NCBI GenBank assembly: GCA_965237955.1
Contig: OZ250169.1
Location: forward strand, 7,936,001-8,000,000
Source: Candidatus Marinacidobacterales bacterium
Lineage (GTDB): Bacteria > Acidobacteriota > Vicinamibacteria > Marinacidobacterales > SMYC01
Reading direction: 5' to 3'
Length of the DNA: 64,000 nucleotides
The translations under genes were made by a program, and so were the position numbers. This document shows, piece after piece, positions 32,915 through 44,993 of this stretch. Under the pieces are notes generated by a model. That model made no database searches and was not told where the DNA came from. It saw nothing but the letters and a program-made list of their open reading frames with translations. The first letter of the stretch is position 1, and each line of letters begins with the position of its first letter.

Positions 32915-33999
32915 GGCGTTGTTGCACGGCCCGGAGCAAATCGCTGACCTCCCTGTGCCGGTTGCAGAGTCACCCGGCGCAGTACGTATCGGGCATCCCG
33001 AGCGCAGCCATCTTGTTGAGTATCTCGCACCCAATTCGGTGTTCAACTCGTTGCCTCGCCAACGTTCGAGCCCGCATCTCCGGCCCGATGATCGCCTTGT
33101 AACGATAGACCGCGTTCTCCACCATGCTTCGCTTGGTGTAGCCTGAGAGCTTGTACCATTCACGTCGGCCGTGTCTTTCGATTGCACGAATATGGCGATC
33201 GCGCTCCTGCATGGCGGTGTTCGAATTCTGACTGAGCGTCGCGTTTCGTTGCGGCGGAATCACCACGCGCGTCCTTCGTCCAGGACTGTGCGCTTCGATG
33301 GCTTCGTAGACCGCTTCCTTGTCGTATGCACTGTCCGCCGCCACCGACACTAGAGGTGCTTGAATCTGTGTTAGCAAAGCGGGGACTCGGGTTGCGTCGC
33401 GAGCTCGTGACGCCGTCAGTTCGGACGCAACAATGTTCCCTGTCTCGCGATCAACGGCGATGTGCAACTTGCGCCATGCGCGCTGCTTTGGCGGTTTGCG
33501 AGCGTTTCCAACATGAATCCTCAAGCCCGTGCTATCGATCATCAGGTGGATGGGTTGAGTGCTCGCGGCTTTCGGAATCCGCAGCTTCTTGCGGAGCAAC
33601 CTCGAGCGCCGACACAACGTCGAGTAGTCCGGGATCTCGATACCGAGCCCGAGAAGCGAGGCGATCGAGTGCAAGAAGCCTTCGGTTTGTCGGTAGGCGA
33701 GCTTGTACACCATCCGGACAACCAGGCCCGTTTCAATCGCCATGTCTGAATAGACCCGTTGACCGCCAGGCTTACCGGTCTTGTCAGCCTTCCAGTTCGC
33801 GATTGCCTCCTCGTCAAACCAGACTGTCAAATCGCCCCGGCGGCGCAGCCCTTCGTTGTATTCCGCCCAGTTGCGAACGTGGTACTTCTTCTGCTTCGCG
33901 TGCTTGTACTGGCAGCGCTTGGGATACTTCATGCTCGAACATACCTCGGCCACCACCATAGGCGGATTTCGCTCTCAGCCAGAGCGGTGCAACAACGCC
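32915..33999 (-). mobile_element. Main IS5 element; transposase 32970-33959
   Basis: Both IRs and intact ORF. Confidence 0.97.
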
Positions 34000-34316
34000 G
34001 CCCAATGGCCGAACTGATGGCCGCCATAGCAGGTCGCGTGCGGGTCCATTCCGTCCAACACCCGATTCCCCGAAAAAACATGGATGAAGTCCTCTGAACG
34101 GCACGTCTCGGGCGAGAGCCCGAGCTCTTCGGCGACTTCCGAGGCGAAAGCGACCAGCTCCGGAGCACGGACTTTGGCGGGCCAAACACGGGAAAAGCAC
34201 GCGCCCAAGACTTGGCGCGGTCGATTCGTCTCGTCGGGATCGGCCGGGAGCTCCCGGGTGAAACGGTTGTCGAAAACGAGCTCGTCCAGAGCCGTCGATT
34301 CCAAAAGGGAGCGCAT
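34000..34316 (-). pseudogene. selO: Duplicate selO 5' fragment cut by IS5
   Basis: Near-identical to 19747-20063. Confidence 0.88.
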
Positions 34317-35847
34317 CCAACATGCTAGCACGCGCCGAATCGCCCGCCGCATCGTCGGTGCTTCCGCCATTAAGCGTTGCTACGCGGCTAGAGGTATTCG
34401 TGCAACCGGAGGACGGATCGACGTGGCTGAGCTGCCGAGCCTCGTCTGAGAACCAAACGGTGATGTCGCCACGGCTCCTGAGGCCACGCTCGTACTCCCG
34501 CCAGTTGGTCACGCGATATTCGTCTTGTATTTGCGGTTCACTCGGCTGGACTTGCGCGCGACCATGGGTTCATCTCCTCGATATTCAATGTATCGAGAAG
34601 CTGAGTCGAAGCGGTTACCGGAGTCAAGAGCGATTCGTGCACCAACGCCTCGAAGAGAACGTCTTTCCGCACCCGACGCACCGGTATCGCCGGCGTTTCC
34701 CGGACCTCGTTGTGTAGAAACCGTGGCGGATGATGCTTCCAGAACCCACTTTTCCCAGCAGCGGACATTCGGGGTTGAGACAGCTCAAATTCGTCACTTC
34801 GCATGGGCCTTGTCGACGAGAGAACTCGTTCTCTCGGATCTAGGCTCAAACTCTAGCACGCGAACGGGTTACCGCCTGGCCGCCAACAGTTCATGGCGGA
34901 AGCACCCTGATTTCGTGGGCGGACGCGTTTTGATGAGGCACAGCGTGACTACGGGTCCGTCCCGTTTAATAATAATGATGAGCCACAGGCAAGCCTGCCC
35001 TCAGAAAGGCGCTGATGTAGGATCGGCGGAAGTTTATGCTAGAGCGAACGACACCGAGCTTCGGGCAGGCGCAGAAACGCCCTCCAAAGCACGAACGCGA
35101 GAGCACGGCGGGGCCCGCGTGCGAGCAGGAAGCGAAAGACGCCTCTGACCTACGCTCGGCCTTGGTACAGTGGGAAGACGAAGGGGGCAGCTGGCTTCCT
35201 CTTACTGAACCGTGATCTCGGTCCGCCGAATTGGCGCGCCGGGCGTTGAGCTGGTGCGGTTCGGCGTTGGATTCGAGAAGCCGCGGTAACCGTTACTTGC
35301 GCGTTTGCGTCATGCCTGGCCGTTCGAGAGCCTCGTATCGGTTTATCTATGGAGTTGAAGGGGACTGAGCGATGGAACTGTAGTCGCGGGAGTTCTTGAT
35401 GCGTGCGAGCGTCTCCAACAAGTTCCTTGTCGACTCGAATGGCCAGTCGTGGCCCTGCCCCATTTCGCGTGCCCGCGCCCCGAGAGCACCCATGAAGCGG
35501 TGGAACTTACGAACAGCTGACAGCGTGTCGAGTCCCGTGAATCGACATAGCCGCTCCTCGAAAAGGACGTCGATGGCATGGAGAAAGCGGATATCGTCTG
35601 GGAGGGAAAGGCTTGCGGGGTCGTTCAAGCGTTGTCGTTGGCCGACGGTGGGCGCATCTGTGCGCTCGCAGTTAATGAAGATCCGGACGACGTCACGACC
35701 CGGAGTTACGTTTCGGCGGGCCGCGTATCCAATAAATCCCAAGCGTTCTACCTCGCAGGACTCTCTACGACTACCCACGGCGCTCAATTCGCCTTTTCAC
35801 GTTTCGGAATCCGCTCCGAGGCGCCTCAGGAAAACCTTCATTTCGGA

Positions 35848-36106
35848 GGTGCCCCCACCATAGTTGAAGGTTCGAGGTGGTGGCGGCTCCTGACACATGG
35901 TTTACCCGACTTTGGCGTGCTTGTCGAGCGCTTGATTCTCAGTGACCTCCGCTAACTTCGCTTCGAGGATCGGTAGCGATTGGTATCCAATGATACGACG
36001 GAAATTTTTCTCCGTGGCGAGCAGAGCCGAAGCGGCCCATCTCAGAACCATCTTGCCATTGCGCCAGCGGGTGACGCGACGGGTACGACCTCGCGCACCG
36101 CTGAAG
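35848..36106 (-). mobile_element. IS256-family right-end remnant
   Basis: RVTRWRNGKMVLRWAASALLATEKNFRRI. Confidence 0.8.
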
Positions 36107-37191
36107 GGCGTTGTTGCACGGCCCGGAGCAAATCGCTGACCTCCCTGTGCCGGTTGCAGAGTCACCCGGCGCAGTACGTATCGGGCATCCCGAGCGCAGC
36201 CATCTTGTTGAGTATCTCGCACCCAATTCGGTGTTCAACTCGTTGCCTCGCCAACGTTCGAGCCCGCATCTCCGGCCCGATGATCGCCTTGTAACGATAG
36301 ACCGCGTTCTCCACCATGCTTCGCTTGGTGTAGCCTGAGAGCTTGTACCATTCACGTCGGCCGTGTCTTTCGATTGCACGAATATGGCGATCGCGCTCCT
36401 GCATGGCGGTGTTCGAATTCTGACTGAGCGTCGCGTTTCGTTGCGGCGGAATCACCACGCGCGTCCTTCGTCCAGGACTGTGCGCTTCGATGGCTTCGTA
36501 GACCGCTTCCTTGTCGTATGCACTGTCCGCCGCCACCGACACTAGAGGTGCTTGAATCTGTGTTAGCAAAGCGGGGACTCGGGTTGCGTCGCGAGCTCGT
36601 GACGCCGTCAGTTCGGACGCAACAATGTTCCCTGTCTCGCGATCAACGGCGATGTGCAACTTGCGCCATGCGCGCTGCTTTGGCGGTTTGCGAGCGTTTC
36701 CAACATGAATCCTCAAGCCCGTGCTATCGATCATCAGGTGGATGGGTTGAGTGCTCGCGGCTTTCGGAATCCGCAGCTTCTTGCGGAGCAACCTCGAGCG
36801 CCGACACAACGTCGAGTAGTCCGGGATCTCGATACCGAGTCCGAGAAGCGAGGCGATCGGGTGCAAGAAGCCTTCGGTTTGTCGGTAGGCGAGCTTGTAC
36901 ACCATCCGGACAACCAGGCCCGTTTCAATCGCCATGTCTGAATAGACCCGTTGACCGCCAGGCTTACCGGTCTTGTCGGCCTTCCAGTTCGCGATTGCCT
37001 CCTCGTCAAACCAGACTGTCAAATCGCCCCGGCGGCGCAGCCCTTCGTTGTATTCCGCCCAGTTGCGAACGTGGTACTTCTTCTGCTTCGCGTGCTTGTA
37101 CTGGCAGCGCTTGGGATACTTCATGCTCGAACATACCTCGGCCACCACCATAGGCGGATTTCGCTCTCAGCCAGAGCGGTGCAACAACGCC
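36107..37191 (-). mobile_element. Main IS5 element; transposase 36162-37151
   Basis: Both IRs and intact ORF. Confidence 0.97.
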
Positions 37192-37809
37192 GCACGGGCT
37201 TGAGGATTCATGTTGGAAACGCTCGCAAACCGCCAAAGCAGCGCGCATGGCGCAAGTTGCACATCGCCGTTGATCGCGAGACAGGGAACATTGTTGCGTC
37301 CGAACTGACGGCGTCACGAGCTCGCGACGCAACCCGAGTCCCCGCTTTGCTAACACAGATTCAAGCACCTCTAGTGTCGGTGGCGGCGGACAGTGCATAC
37401 GACAAGGAAGCGGTCTACGAAGCCATCGAAGCGCACAGTCCTGGACGAAGGACGCGCGTGGTGATTCCGCCGCAACGAAACGCGACGCTCAGTCAGAATT
37501 CGAACACCGCCATGCAGGAGCGCGATCGCCATATTCGTGCAATCGAAAGACACGGCCGACGTGAATGGTACAAGCTCTCAGGCTACACCAAGCGAAGCAT
37601 GGTGGAGAACGCGGTCTATCGTTACAAGGCGATCATCGGGCCGGAGATGCGGGCTCGAACGTTGGAGAGGCAACGAGTTGAACACCGAATTGGGTGCGAG
37701 ATACTCAACAAGATGGCTGCGCTCGGGATGCCCGATACGTACTGCGCCGGGTGACTCTGCAACCGGCACAGGGAGGTCAGCGATTTGCTCCGGGCCGTGC
37801 AACAACGCC
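37192..37809 (+). mobile_element. Main IS5 element, 3' half, truncated by the adjacent copy
   Basis: Starts at STGLRIH; ends in the IR. Confidence 0.95.
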
Positions 37810-38578
37810 GGCCGCGGGCGCAGTCGCGTTTCGGGTTCACCCTTTCCCCGATACCGACGCGCTCTTTCATCTCGTTCGCTTCAACGCAGCATTCGTCGCG
37901 GGAATCGGTTCTTTCGAGCTGTGCCGAACTCTCGTGGAACGTGGCCTCGATTCCTCGAAAAAAGAGGGCATTCGTCGGTGGGCCGTGCGTCTCGGGAGTC
38001 GTCCTCTCGCGTTCGCCGTTGTCGTCGTCGTGCTTCTCCCCGAGAGCGCGCCGTTCGTGTGGAGGCCCGCCATGTTCGACCCTCTCTACTACCCGAGCAC
38101 GTACGAATGGGACGAATCGGTGCGGCGTCTCGAGCGTTGGATGCTCGAACAGTCTGACCCGGATACGGTCGTCCTGACCGGAGACGAGACCGGGGAATGG
38201 ATCGCCGCGCTCACCGGCCGACGGGTCGTGACCGGAGTGCGTGTTCTGAGACGCGACGAAGCACGACAACACCGCAGGCGGTTACGCCAGTTGTTCTTGT
38301 CGAGCGAGCCTTCCGAAATGCGCTCGGCGCTCGATGCCCTCGGCGCGGATATTCTCGTGCTCGATCCGGAGCTTCGTGAAGTGTATTGGGAGCTCGACGA
38401 GAGGCTGTTAGAATCAAGCGGTTTGGTCATAAGAGCCCATCAGATCGGTGATCGCTACACGATCTACGTGCGTCGCGTCACCTCGGCTCGAGCCGAGGGT
38501 GATGCATCGATCCACCGCCCACGGTATCAAGACGACGATGGGCTGGCCGGGAACCGGCGTCGCGGTACTTTCGAGTGA
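37810..38578 (+). pseudogene. C-terminal fragment of a membrane protein (possibly GT-C-like)
   Basis: Hydrophobic segments followed by WIAALTGRRVV; 5' end cut by IS5. Confidence 0.5.
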
Positions 38579-38716
38579 ACGAACGATTTCGGTCACTCCC
38601 CGATGACCTCCGCCCACGCGCCTCGACGTTCTGATCTTAGCTTCATCTCGCCAACACTTAATGGCGGAAGCACCCACTGCGCAATCTATGACTTCGTACC
38701 CGAAACGACCCCCTGA

Positions 38717-39178
38717 TCACAAGGCCTGGCGATACGTGAAGTTCACCGCGGATTCAGGTGCCTTCTTCAGGGCAGCGAGGTACAGCTCCAGGTCCACGGT
38801 GAGCAGAGGCGTTTCGGCGGAGACGACTTCCAGGATCGCAGCGTCGGTCAGTCCAAGTTGGCTGAACGCACTGTTGTGAGAGGCATCCACGCTAGCGACG
38901 ATAATCTCTTGACTGTTCTCAATCAGGCTCCGGAGTACGTTGAAGAACAGGGAACGTTCAGGGTCGTTGTGGTAGGCGAGCAGGTTGGACGCTTCGGTAA
39001 GCGTGTTCGGCGTAACGAACAGTAATTTGTCTCCTATCTCAACCTCGACCAGACGGTCGTAATCGTCCACGGAGAAGCGCTTCAGCCGGCGGTGTTTGTT
39101 AATCAAGTGTCGACTTGTCATGCCCACGACGAGCAGAACGAGCAGGTTCGCGTCGATAACCCATCCAGTCTGGCGCAT
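38717..39178 (-). CDS. PIN-domain protein
   Basis: VIDANLL, TPNTLTEASN, GLTDAAI, LLTVD acidic pattern. Confidence 0.8.
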   Translation of the reverse strand: MRQTGWVIDANLLVLLVVGMTSRHLINKHRRLKRFSVDDYDRLVEVEIGDKLLFVTPNTLTEASNLLAYHNDPERSLFFNVLRSLIENSQEIIVASVDASHNSAFSQLGLTDAAILEVVSAETPLLTVDLELYLAALKKAPESAVNFTYRQAL

Positions 39179-39182
39179 AGGC

Positions 39183-39461
39183 TCAGTCCAGTGAGCGATG
39201 CTTTACTGACTTGACACTACCGTCGCTGTTATTGACATTAACGATCTTGTAGACACGGCGTGCTGTAACCCCGCCAAGGGATGCCGCCATGGACTGAAGT
39301 ACATTCGGTGCAGACCATTTCCGAGTGAAACCAATCGTTATTTTCCAGACGTCCGAGCTGTTATCGAACTCGACCTCTTCAAGCATAGCGTCACTGATCG
39401 GTTCTTCGGCAAAGAGATCGCGAACATATTCCTTGGCGATCCGCGCGGCTTGCTTCACGTC
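39183..39461 (-). CDS. Small hypothetical partner of the PIN protein
   Basis: MDVKQAARIAKEY...LEEVEFD...WKITIGF...YKIV; 4 bp from the PIN start. Confidence 0.75.
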   Translation of the reverse strand, partial: DVKQAARIAKEYVRDLFAEEPISDAMLEEVEFDNSSDVWKITIGFTRKWSAPNVLQSMAASLGGVTARRVYKIVNVNNSDGSVKSVKHRSLD

Positions 39462-39552
39462 CATTTTTACCAGCCCTTCCATTCGTACACGTTACAATGT
39501 TATCTGAATCCTGACGTCCTGTAAACGGTACCTCCCCGGCCGTGTGCACCCT

Positions 39553-39646
39553 TGTGGTCCGCAAAAAGTCTATCCAGTGTTGATTGCGCGTTTTAGACCT
39601 GACATGGTCGGCTGCTTCTGGCCTGTTTTCTTTTTTGCGGATCACA
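39553..39646. mobile_element. 94-bp MITE of the rve/IS481-like family with ACCCT target duplication
   Basis: tgtggtccgcaaaaa...tttttgcggatcaca; accct at 39548-39552 and 39647-39651. Confidence 0.85.
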
Positions 39647-39745
39647 ACCCTTTCGGCGAAGTGGAGGAGCGACGTTCTTTTTCCACGACTTCAGGGACGC
39701 ATCCGCGGGACGGTTGGCCAGCCCCTCGACCGGTTTGCCTGAAAC

Positions 39746-39875
39746 CTAAAGACACGCGCTCTTGAGGATGCGGATGTAGCCGGTCTTGCCGGCGGCGTTG
39801 TCACCGTAGACCACGGTGAGATTTGGCCCGAACTTAAGAGACTGGCTTTCCGCAAGGGCATTCACGTCCCGGTGA
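39746..39875 (-). pseudogene. Fragment of an SMC/ABC-type ATPase
   Basis: LTVVYGDNAAGKTGYIRILK (Walker A). Confidence 0.7.
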
Positions 39876-40960
39876 GGCGTTGTTGCACCGCTCTGGCTGA
39901 GAGCAAAATGCGCCTCTTGTGGTGGCCGAGGTATGTTCGACCATGAAGTATCCCAAGCGCAGCCAGTACAAGCACGCGAAGCAGAAGAAGTACCACGTTC
40001 GCAACTGAGCGGAATACAACGAAGGGCTGCGCCGCCGAGGCGATTTGACGGTCTGGTTTGACGAGGAGGCAATCGCGAACTGGATGGCCGACAAGACCGG
40101 TAAGCCTGGCGGTCAACGGGTCTATTCAGACATGGCTATTGAAACGGGCCTAGTTGTCCGGATGGTGTACAAGCTCGCCTACCGACAAACCGAAGGCTTC
40201 TTGCACTCGATCGCCTCGCTGCTCGGGCTCGGTATCGAGATCCCGGACTACTCGACGTTGTGTCGGCGCTCGAGGTTGCTCCGCAAGAAGCTGCGGATTC
40301 CGAAAGCCGCGAGCACTCAACCCATCCACCTGATGATCGATAGCACGGGCTTGAGGATTCATGTTGGAACCGCCCGCAAACCGCCAAAGCAGCGCGCATG
40401 GCGCAAGTTGCACATCGCCGTTGATCGCGAGACCGGCAACATTGTTGCGTCCGAACTGACGGCGTCACGAGCTCGCGACGCAACCCGAGTCCCCGCTTTG
40501 CTAACACAGATTCAAGCACCTCTAGTGTCGGTGGCGGCGGACAGTGCATTCGACAAGGAAGCGGTCTACGAAGCGATCGAAGCGCACAGCCCTGGACGAA
40601 GGACGCGCGTGGTGATTCCGCCGCAACGAAACGCGACGCTCAATCAGAATTCGAACACCGCCATGCAGGAGCGCGACCGCCATATTCGTGCCATCGAAAG
40701 ACACGGCCGACGTGAATGGTACAAGCTCTCAGGCTGCACCAAGCGAAGCATGGTGGAGAACGCGGTCTATCGTTACAAAGCGATCATCGGGCCCGAGATG
40801 CGGACACGAACGTTGGCGAGGCAACGAGTTGAACACCGAATTGGGTGCGAGATACTCAACAAGATGACCGCGCTCGGGATGCCCGATACGTACTGCGCCG
40901 GGTGACTCTACGACCGGCACAGGGAGGTCAGCGATTTGCTCCGGGCCGTGCAACAACGCC
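39876..40960 (+). mobile_element. Main IS5 element, diverged copy with nonsense codon at 40006
   Basis: aactgagcg versus aactgggcg; many substitutions. Confidence 0.95.
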
Positions 40961-42574
40961 GACGAGGTGCCGGAGCGGTGGAACTGGGTCTACCCAATCA
41001 TGATGACACGCAACAAGCATCTCTATGCCGCCTCTCAGCAACTTTGGAGGTCGCTCGATGAAGGGAAGACTTGGGACAAGATCAGCCCGGATCTGACGCG
41101 CGCCGATCAGGAGACGATGGGCCCTTCGGGGGGACCTATTGTTCTAGATCAGGACGGCCCGGAAATCTACGCGACCATTTTCGCCGTCGCTCCGTCGGAG
41201 GTGGACGCGGATACGATCTGGGTCGGCTCAGACGATGGTCTCGTTCACGTCAGCAACGGCGGGGCCGATTGGATCAACGTCACGCCACCTGACATGGCTG
41301 CCAACACGCGAGTCAGCCTGATCGAAGCCTCGCCGCACGACGCTGCAACCGCCTTTGTCGCGGCTAAGCGCAACCAGATGGGAGATCGGGCTCCTCACAT
41401 CTGGAAGACGCACGACTCCGGGAAGACCTGGAAGCGGATCGTCAATGGAATCCGAGCGGACGATTTTGTTCACGCCATTCGGGAAGACCCCCAACGAGCC
41501 GGACTGCTCTACGCCGGGACCGAACATGGCGTGTACGTTTCCTTCGACGAAGGGGATCTCTGGAAGTCGCTTTCCCTAAACTTGCCCGACGTTCAAGTAC
41601 CGGATCTCGTCGTGGAAGGCCGTGATCTCGTCATCGCAACGCATGGGCGTTCTTTTTATGTGTTGGATGACCTCTCACCCCTCAGGCAAATGGCCCCTGG
41701 CCAATCCACTCCTGCCGTTCACCTCTTCAAGCCGTCCGACGCCGTCCGTCGTGCCTATACCGCTAACATCGATTTCTATCTGGAATCCGTGACGGAACCC
41801 ATTCGTCTGGAGGTTCTCGACGGCAAAGGGGCTTTGGTGCGTGAGCTCCGTGTCAGAGGAGCCGACTCCAGAATTCAACCCTCGGCGGGACAGGGCAGTG
41901 GGAGACAACGTGGCGGAGGCTCGGGAGTGAAGGCCGGGCTCAATCGGTTACGTTGGGATCTCCGTTGTCCCGGCGCCACGGTCTTCGAAGGCATGATTCT
42001 CGAAAGCTCAAACCCAAGGAACGGTCCATGGGCCCCGCCGGGACGGTACGCGGTCAAGCTCACGGTGGGCAATCAAAGCTGGACCCAACCGCTCACCGTT
42101 CTCAAAGACCCGCGCCTTGGTCAGGTTACGCAGCAAGATCTGCAAGAGCAATTCACCCTGGCAATGAAAGTTCGAGACCGAGTCAGCGCCGCTAACGAGG
42201 CCGTTATCTTGATTAGGAAGTTGAAGACTCAGATGGATGACGATCGAATTACCGGTGAGCCGGAGCTCCAGAAGCCGCTCGCCGAGCTGAAGAACCGCTT
42301 GAGCCTCGTGGAAGCCGAGCTCTACCAGGTGAAGAATCAGAGTCCGAAGGACAAAATTGCCTTCCCGATCCGGCTCAACGACCGGCTTGCCGGGCTGTTT
42401 GCGCTCGTGCAGGAGGCGGACGGTGCTCCGAACCGGGCTCACTACGAGGTCTTTGAGCAACTTTCATCGGAGCTCGATGGGCACTTGGCCGAGTTGGACC
42501 AGCTCCTTGAAAACGACCTCGCGGCAGTCAACGAGCGGCTGTCTGAAAAACGTCTTCGTCTGGTCACAAAATAG
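40961..42574 (+). pseudogene. BNR/VPS10-type glycosyl hydrolase-like propeller protein, 5'-truncated
   Basis: SLDEGKTWDKISPDLT, THDSGKTW, LYAGTEHG, IATHGRSF. Confidence 0.88.
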
Positions 42575-42662
42575 GTCCCGTCCGGCGGAATTCGGTACGC
42601 TTTCCCAGCACGTCGTTGAGCTTGGGTATACAATCGCCCCTACGCAAAGATGGGGGTTGGCG

Positions 42663-44732
42663 ATGAAATCGACATTCGCAGTGACTGCTCTTTTGGCTGC
42701 GTTTGTGGCTTACACGACGATCGCCATGGCGCAGTCCAACCATTTCGAGATGATGGACGTCTTTCAGCTCGAGTTTGCCTCCGATCCACAAATCTCGCCT
42801 GACGGAAAGCACATTGTCTATGAGCGCAACTCGATGGACATCATGGAAGACCGTCGGAGAACCGAGCTGTGGACGGTAGACGCCGACGGCAGCAACCACC
42901 GCAAGCTAACGAGTAGATCCGTTGGCGAGTCTTCACCCCGCTGGTCACCCGACGGCTCCATGCTCGCCTACCTGTCCAAAGAGGAAGGCAAGACCCAGAT
43001 TTTTCTGCGCTGGATGGACACGGGCCAATCGGCGGTTTTAACGCAAGTGCTCGACTCGCCGCGACAAATCGCCTGGTCTCCGGACGGTCAATACATTGCT
43101 TTTTCCATGCTCGTGCCCGAGCCGGAGCCTTCGCTGGCCACGCTTCCGGCAAAACCGAAAGGAGCCAAGTGGGCCGACCCGCCCAAGCTGATCGAGCGGG
43201 TCCGCAATCGCGCGGACGGCACAGGGTATCTTCCGCATGGATTCAATCATCTCTTCGTTGTTCCCGTCTCTGGAGGCACGGCAAGGCAAGTCACGACGGG
43301 CGACTTCCACCATCGCAGCGCGCTCTCCTGGACTCCGGACAGCAAGACGCTCGTCTTCTCGGCGAACCGGAACGAGAACTGGGAGTACGAGTTCAAAAAC
43401 TCGGAGATCTACTCGGTCTCGCTCGAGGACGGAGAAATCCGGGCGCTGACGGACAAGAACGGCCCTGACGAGAGCCCCGTGGTCTCGCCAGACGGGAACA
43501 GCATCGCCTACCTGGGTTACGACGACAAGATCCGAACCTATCAGGTGACCGAGCTTCACATCATGAACATCGACGGCACGGGTAAAGGCCGTCTCACCGA
43601 ATCGCTGGACCGCAGTGCTTCCGATCCGGTCTGGTCGAGCGACGGCCGCGGCCTGTTCTTCCAGTATGACAGCGAAGGCAACACGAAGATCGCCCACGTC
43701 ACGCTGGACGGTGAAGTGCGCGTTCTTGCACACGACCTCGGAGGTACCTCCTACGGTCGTCCGTATGGCGGCGGCTCGTTCTCTGTAGCGGAAAGCGGTG
43801 CCTTTGCTTTCACGCTCACGCGGCCGGAGCGCCCGGGCGACGTCGCGCTGGGAACGCTTAGTGGTTCGCGCGTCAAGTATCTCACCGCGCTCAATGACGA
43901 CCTGCTAGCGCACAAGACAGTCGGGGCGGTCGAAGAAATCTGGTTCGACTCATCCTTCGATGGACGGAAGATTCAAGGCTGGATTGTCAAGCCGCCCGAC
44001 TTCGACCCACAGCGCAAGTACCCGTTGATTCTCGAGATCCACGGCGGCCCCATCTCGAACTACGGCGATCGTTTCTCCGCCGAGTTACAGCTTTACGCCA
44101 CCGCGGGCTACGTGGTCCTCTATACGAATCCACGCGGAAGCACGAGCTACGGCGGAGAGTTCGGCGATCTTCTTTACCACAATTATCCGGGCGAGGATTA
44201 CGACGACGTGATTTCGGGCGTCGACGCGGTGATCGCCAAGGGATATGTCGACGACTGTAACCTGTTCGTCACAGGTGGGAGCGCGGGTGGCATCCTTACG
44301 GCCTGGATCGTGGGCAAGACCAACCGCTTCACTGCCGCGGTAGCAGCAAAGCCGGTCATCAACTGGTACAGCAAGGTTCTGGTCGCGGACAACTACTACG
44401 TCTACCACAACTACCGCTACCCCGGCTCACCCTGGGAGAACCCCGAAGCCTACATGAAGTTCTCCCCTATCTCCCTCGTGGGGAATGTGGAGACACCGAC
44501 GCTGCTTCTGACGGGCGACGCCGACTTGCGCACACCTTTGTCGGAGTCCGAGCAGTTCTTCCATGCGCTGCTGCTGCGGCGGATCGACACCGCGGTCGTG
44601 CGCATTCCTGGAGCGTCCCACAACATCGTGGCGCGGCCGAGCCAGCTCATCGCCAAGGTAGCGAACATCATCGCCTGGTTCGAGCGCTACCGCGACGAGG
44701 GACCGGGGACGGCGACGACCGAGCAGCCTTAA
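42663..44732 (+). CDS. Secreted S9C peptidase with PD40 repeats
   Basis: Signal peptide, WSPDG repeats, IHGGP, GGSAGG, DLRTP, GASH. Confidence 0.93.
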   Translation: MKSTFAVTALLAAFVAYTTIAMAQSNHFEMMDVFQLEFASDPQISPDGKHIVYERNSMDIMEDRRRTELWTVDADGSNHRKLTSRSVGESSPRWSPDGSMLAYLSKEEGKTQIFLRWMDTGQSAVLTQVLDSPRQIAWSPDGQYIAFSMLVPEPEPSLATLPAKPKGAKWADPPKLIERVRNRADGTGYLPHGFNHLFVVPVSGGTARQVTTGDFHHRSALSWTPDSKTLVFSANRNENWEYEFKNSEIYSVSLEDGEIRALTDKNGPDESPVVSPDGNSIAYLGYDDKIRTYQVTELHIMNIDGTGKGRLTESLDRSASDPVWSSDGRGLFFQYDSEGNTKIAHVTLDGEVRVLAHDLGGTSYGRPYGGGSFSVAESGAFAFTLTRPERPGDVALGTLSGSRVKYLTALNDDLLAHKTVGAVEEIWFDSSFDGRKIQGWIVKPPDFDPQRKYPLILEIHGGPISNYGDRFSAELQLYATAGYVVLYTNPRGSTSYGGEFGDLLYHNYPGEDYDDVISGVDAVIAKGYVDDCNLFVTGGSAGGILTAWIVGKTNRFTAAVAAKPVINWYSKVLVADNYYVYHNYRYPGSPWENPEAYMKFSPISLVGNVETPTLLLTGDADLRTPLSESEQFFHALLLRRIDTAVVRIPGASHNIVARPSQLIAKVANIIAWFERYRDEGPGTATTEQP

Positions 44733-44895
44733 CGGTTTCTTCTCTTAGGTCACGATGTCGATTAGCCCCGCGCAGCATAGGAAACTGGGGTTGTTCAAGG
44801 TACCGATAACGTCTCCATGGATTCAGACTGCGAAAGCCTCAGGAAGAAGATGATTGGAAAGCCGTATTCTGGAAAACCGACGAAAGGAGGAAAGG

Positions 44896-44993
44896 ATGCT
44901 TAAGAAGCATAAGATCTTGTTGGCATTGGTACTTGTTGGGGGATTAACATTTGTTGGTTTTCTAACGAGCTGCAAGATTTCAGAAGTAGAACC
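44896..44993 (+). pseudogene. Lipoprotein N-terminus cut by IS5
   Basis: RBS, then MLKKHKILLALVLV...LTSC lipobox. Confidence 0.55.

Noticed and set aside
39716-39732. ccagcccctcgacc resembling an intron 3' end
   Set aside because: It lacks the terminal ctac and the upstream domain VI arm
40006-40008. In-frame TGA in the IS5 transposase as recoding
   Set aside because: It replaces a Trp codon in a diverged copy and is simple nonsense
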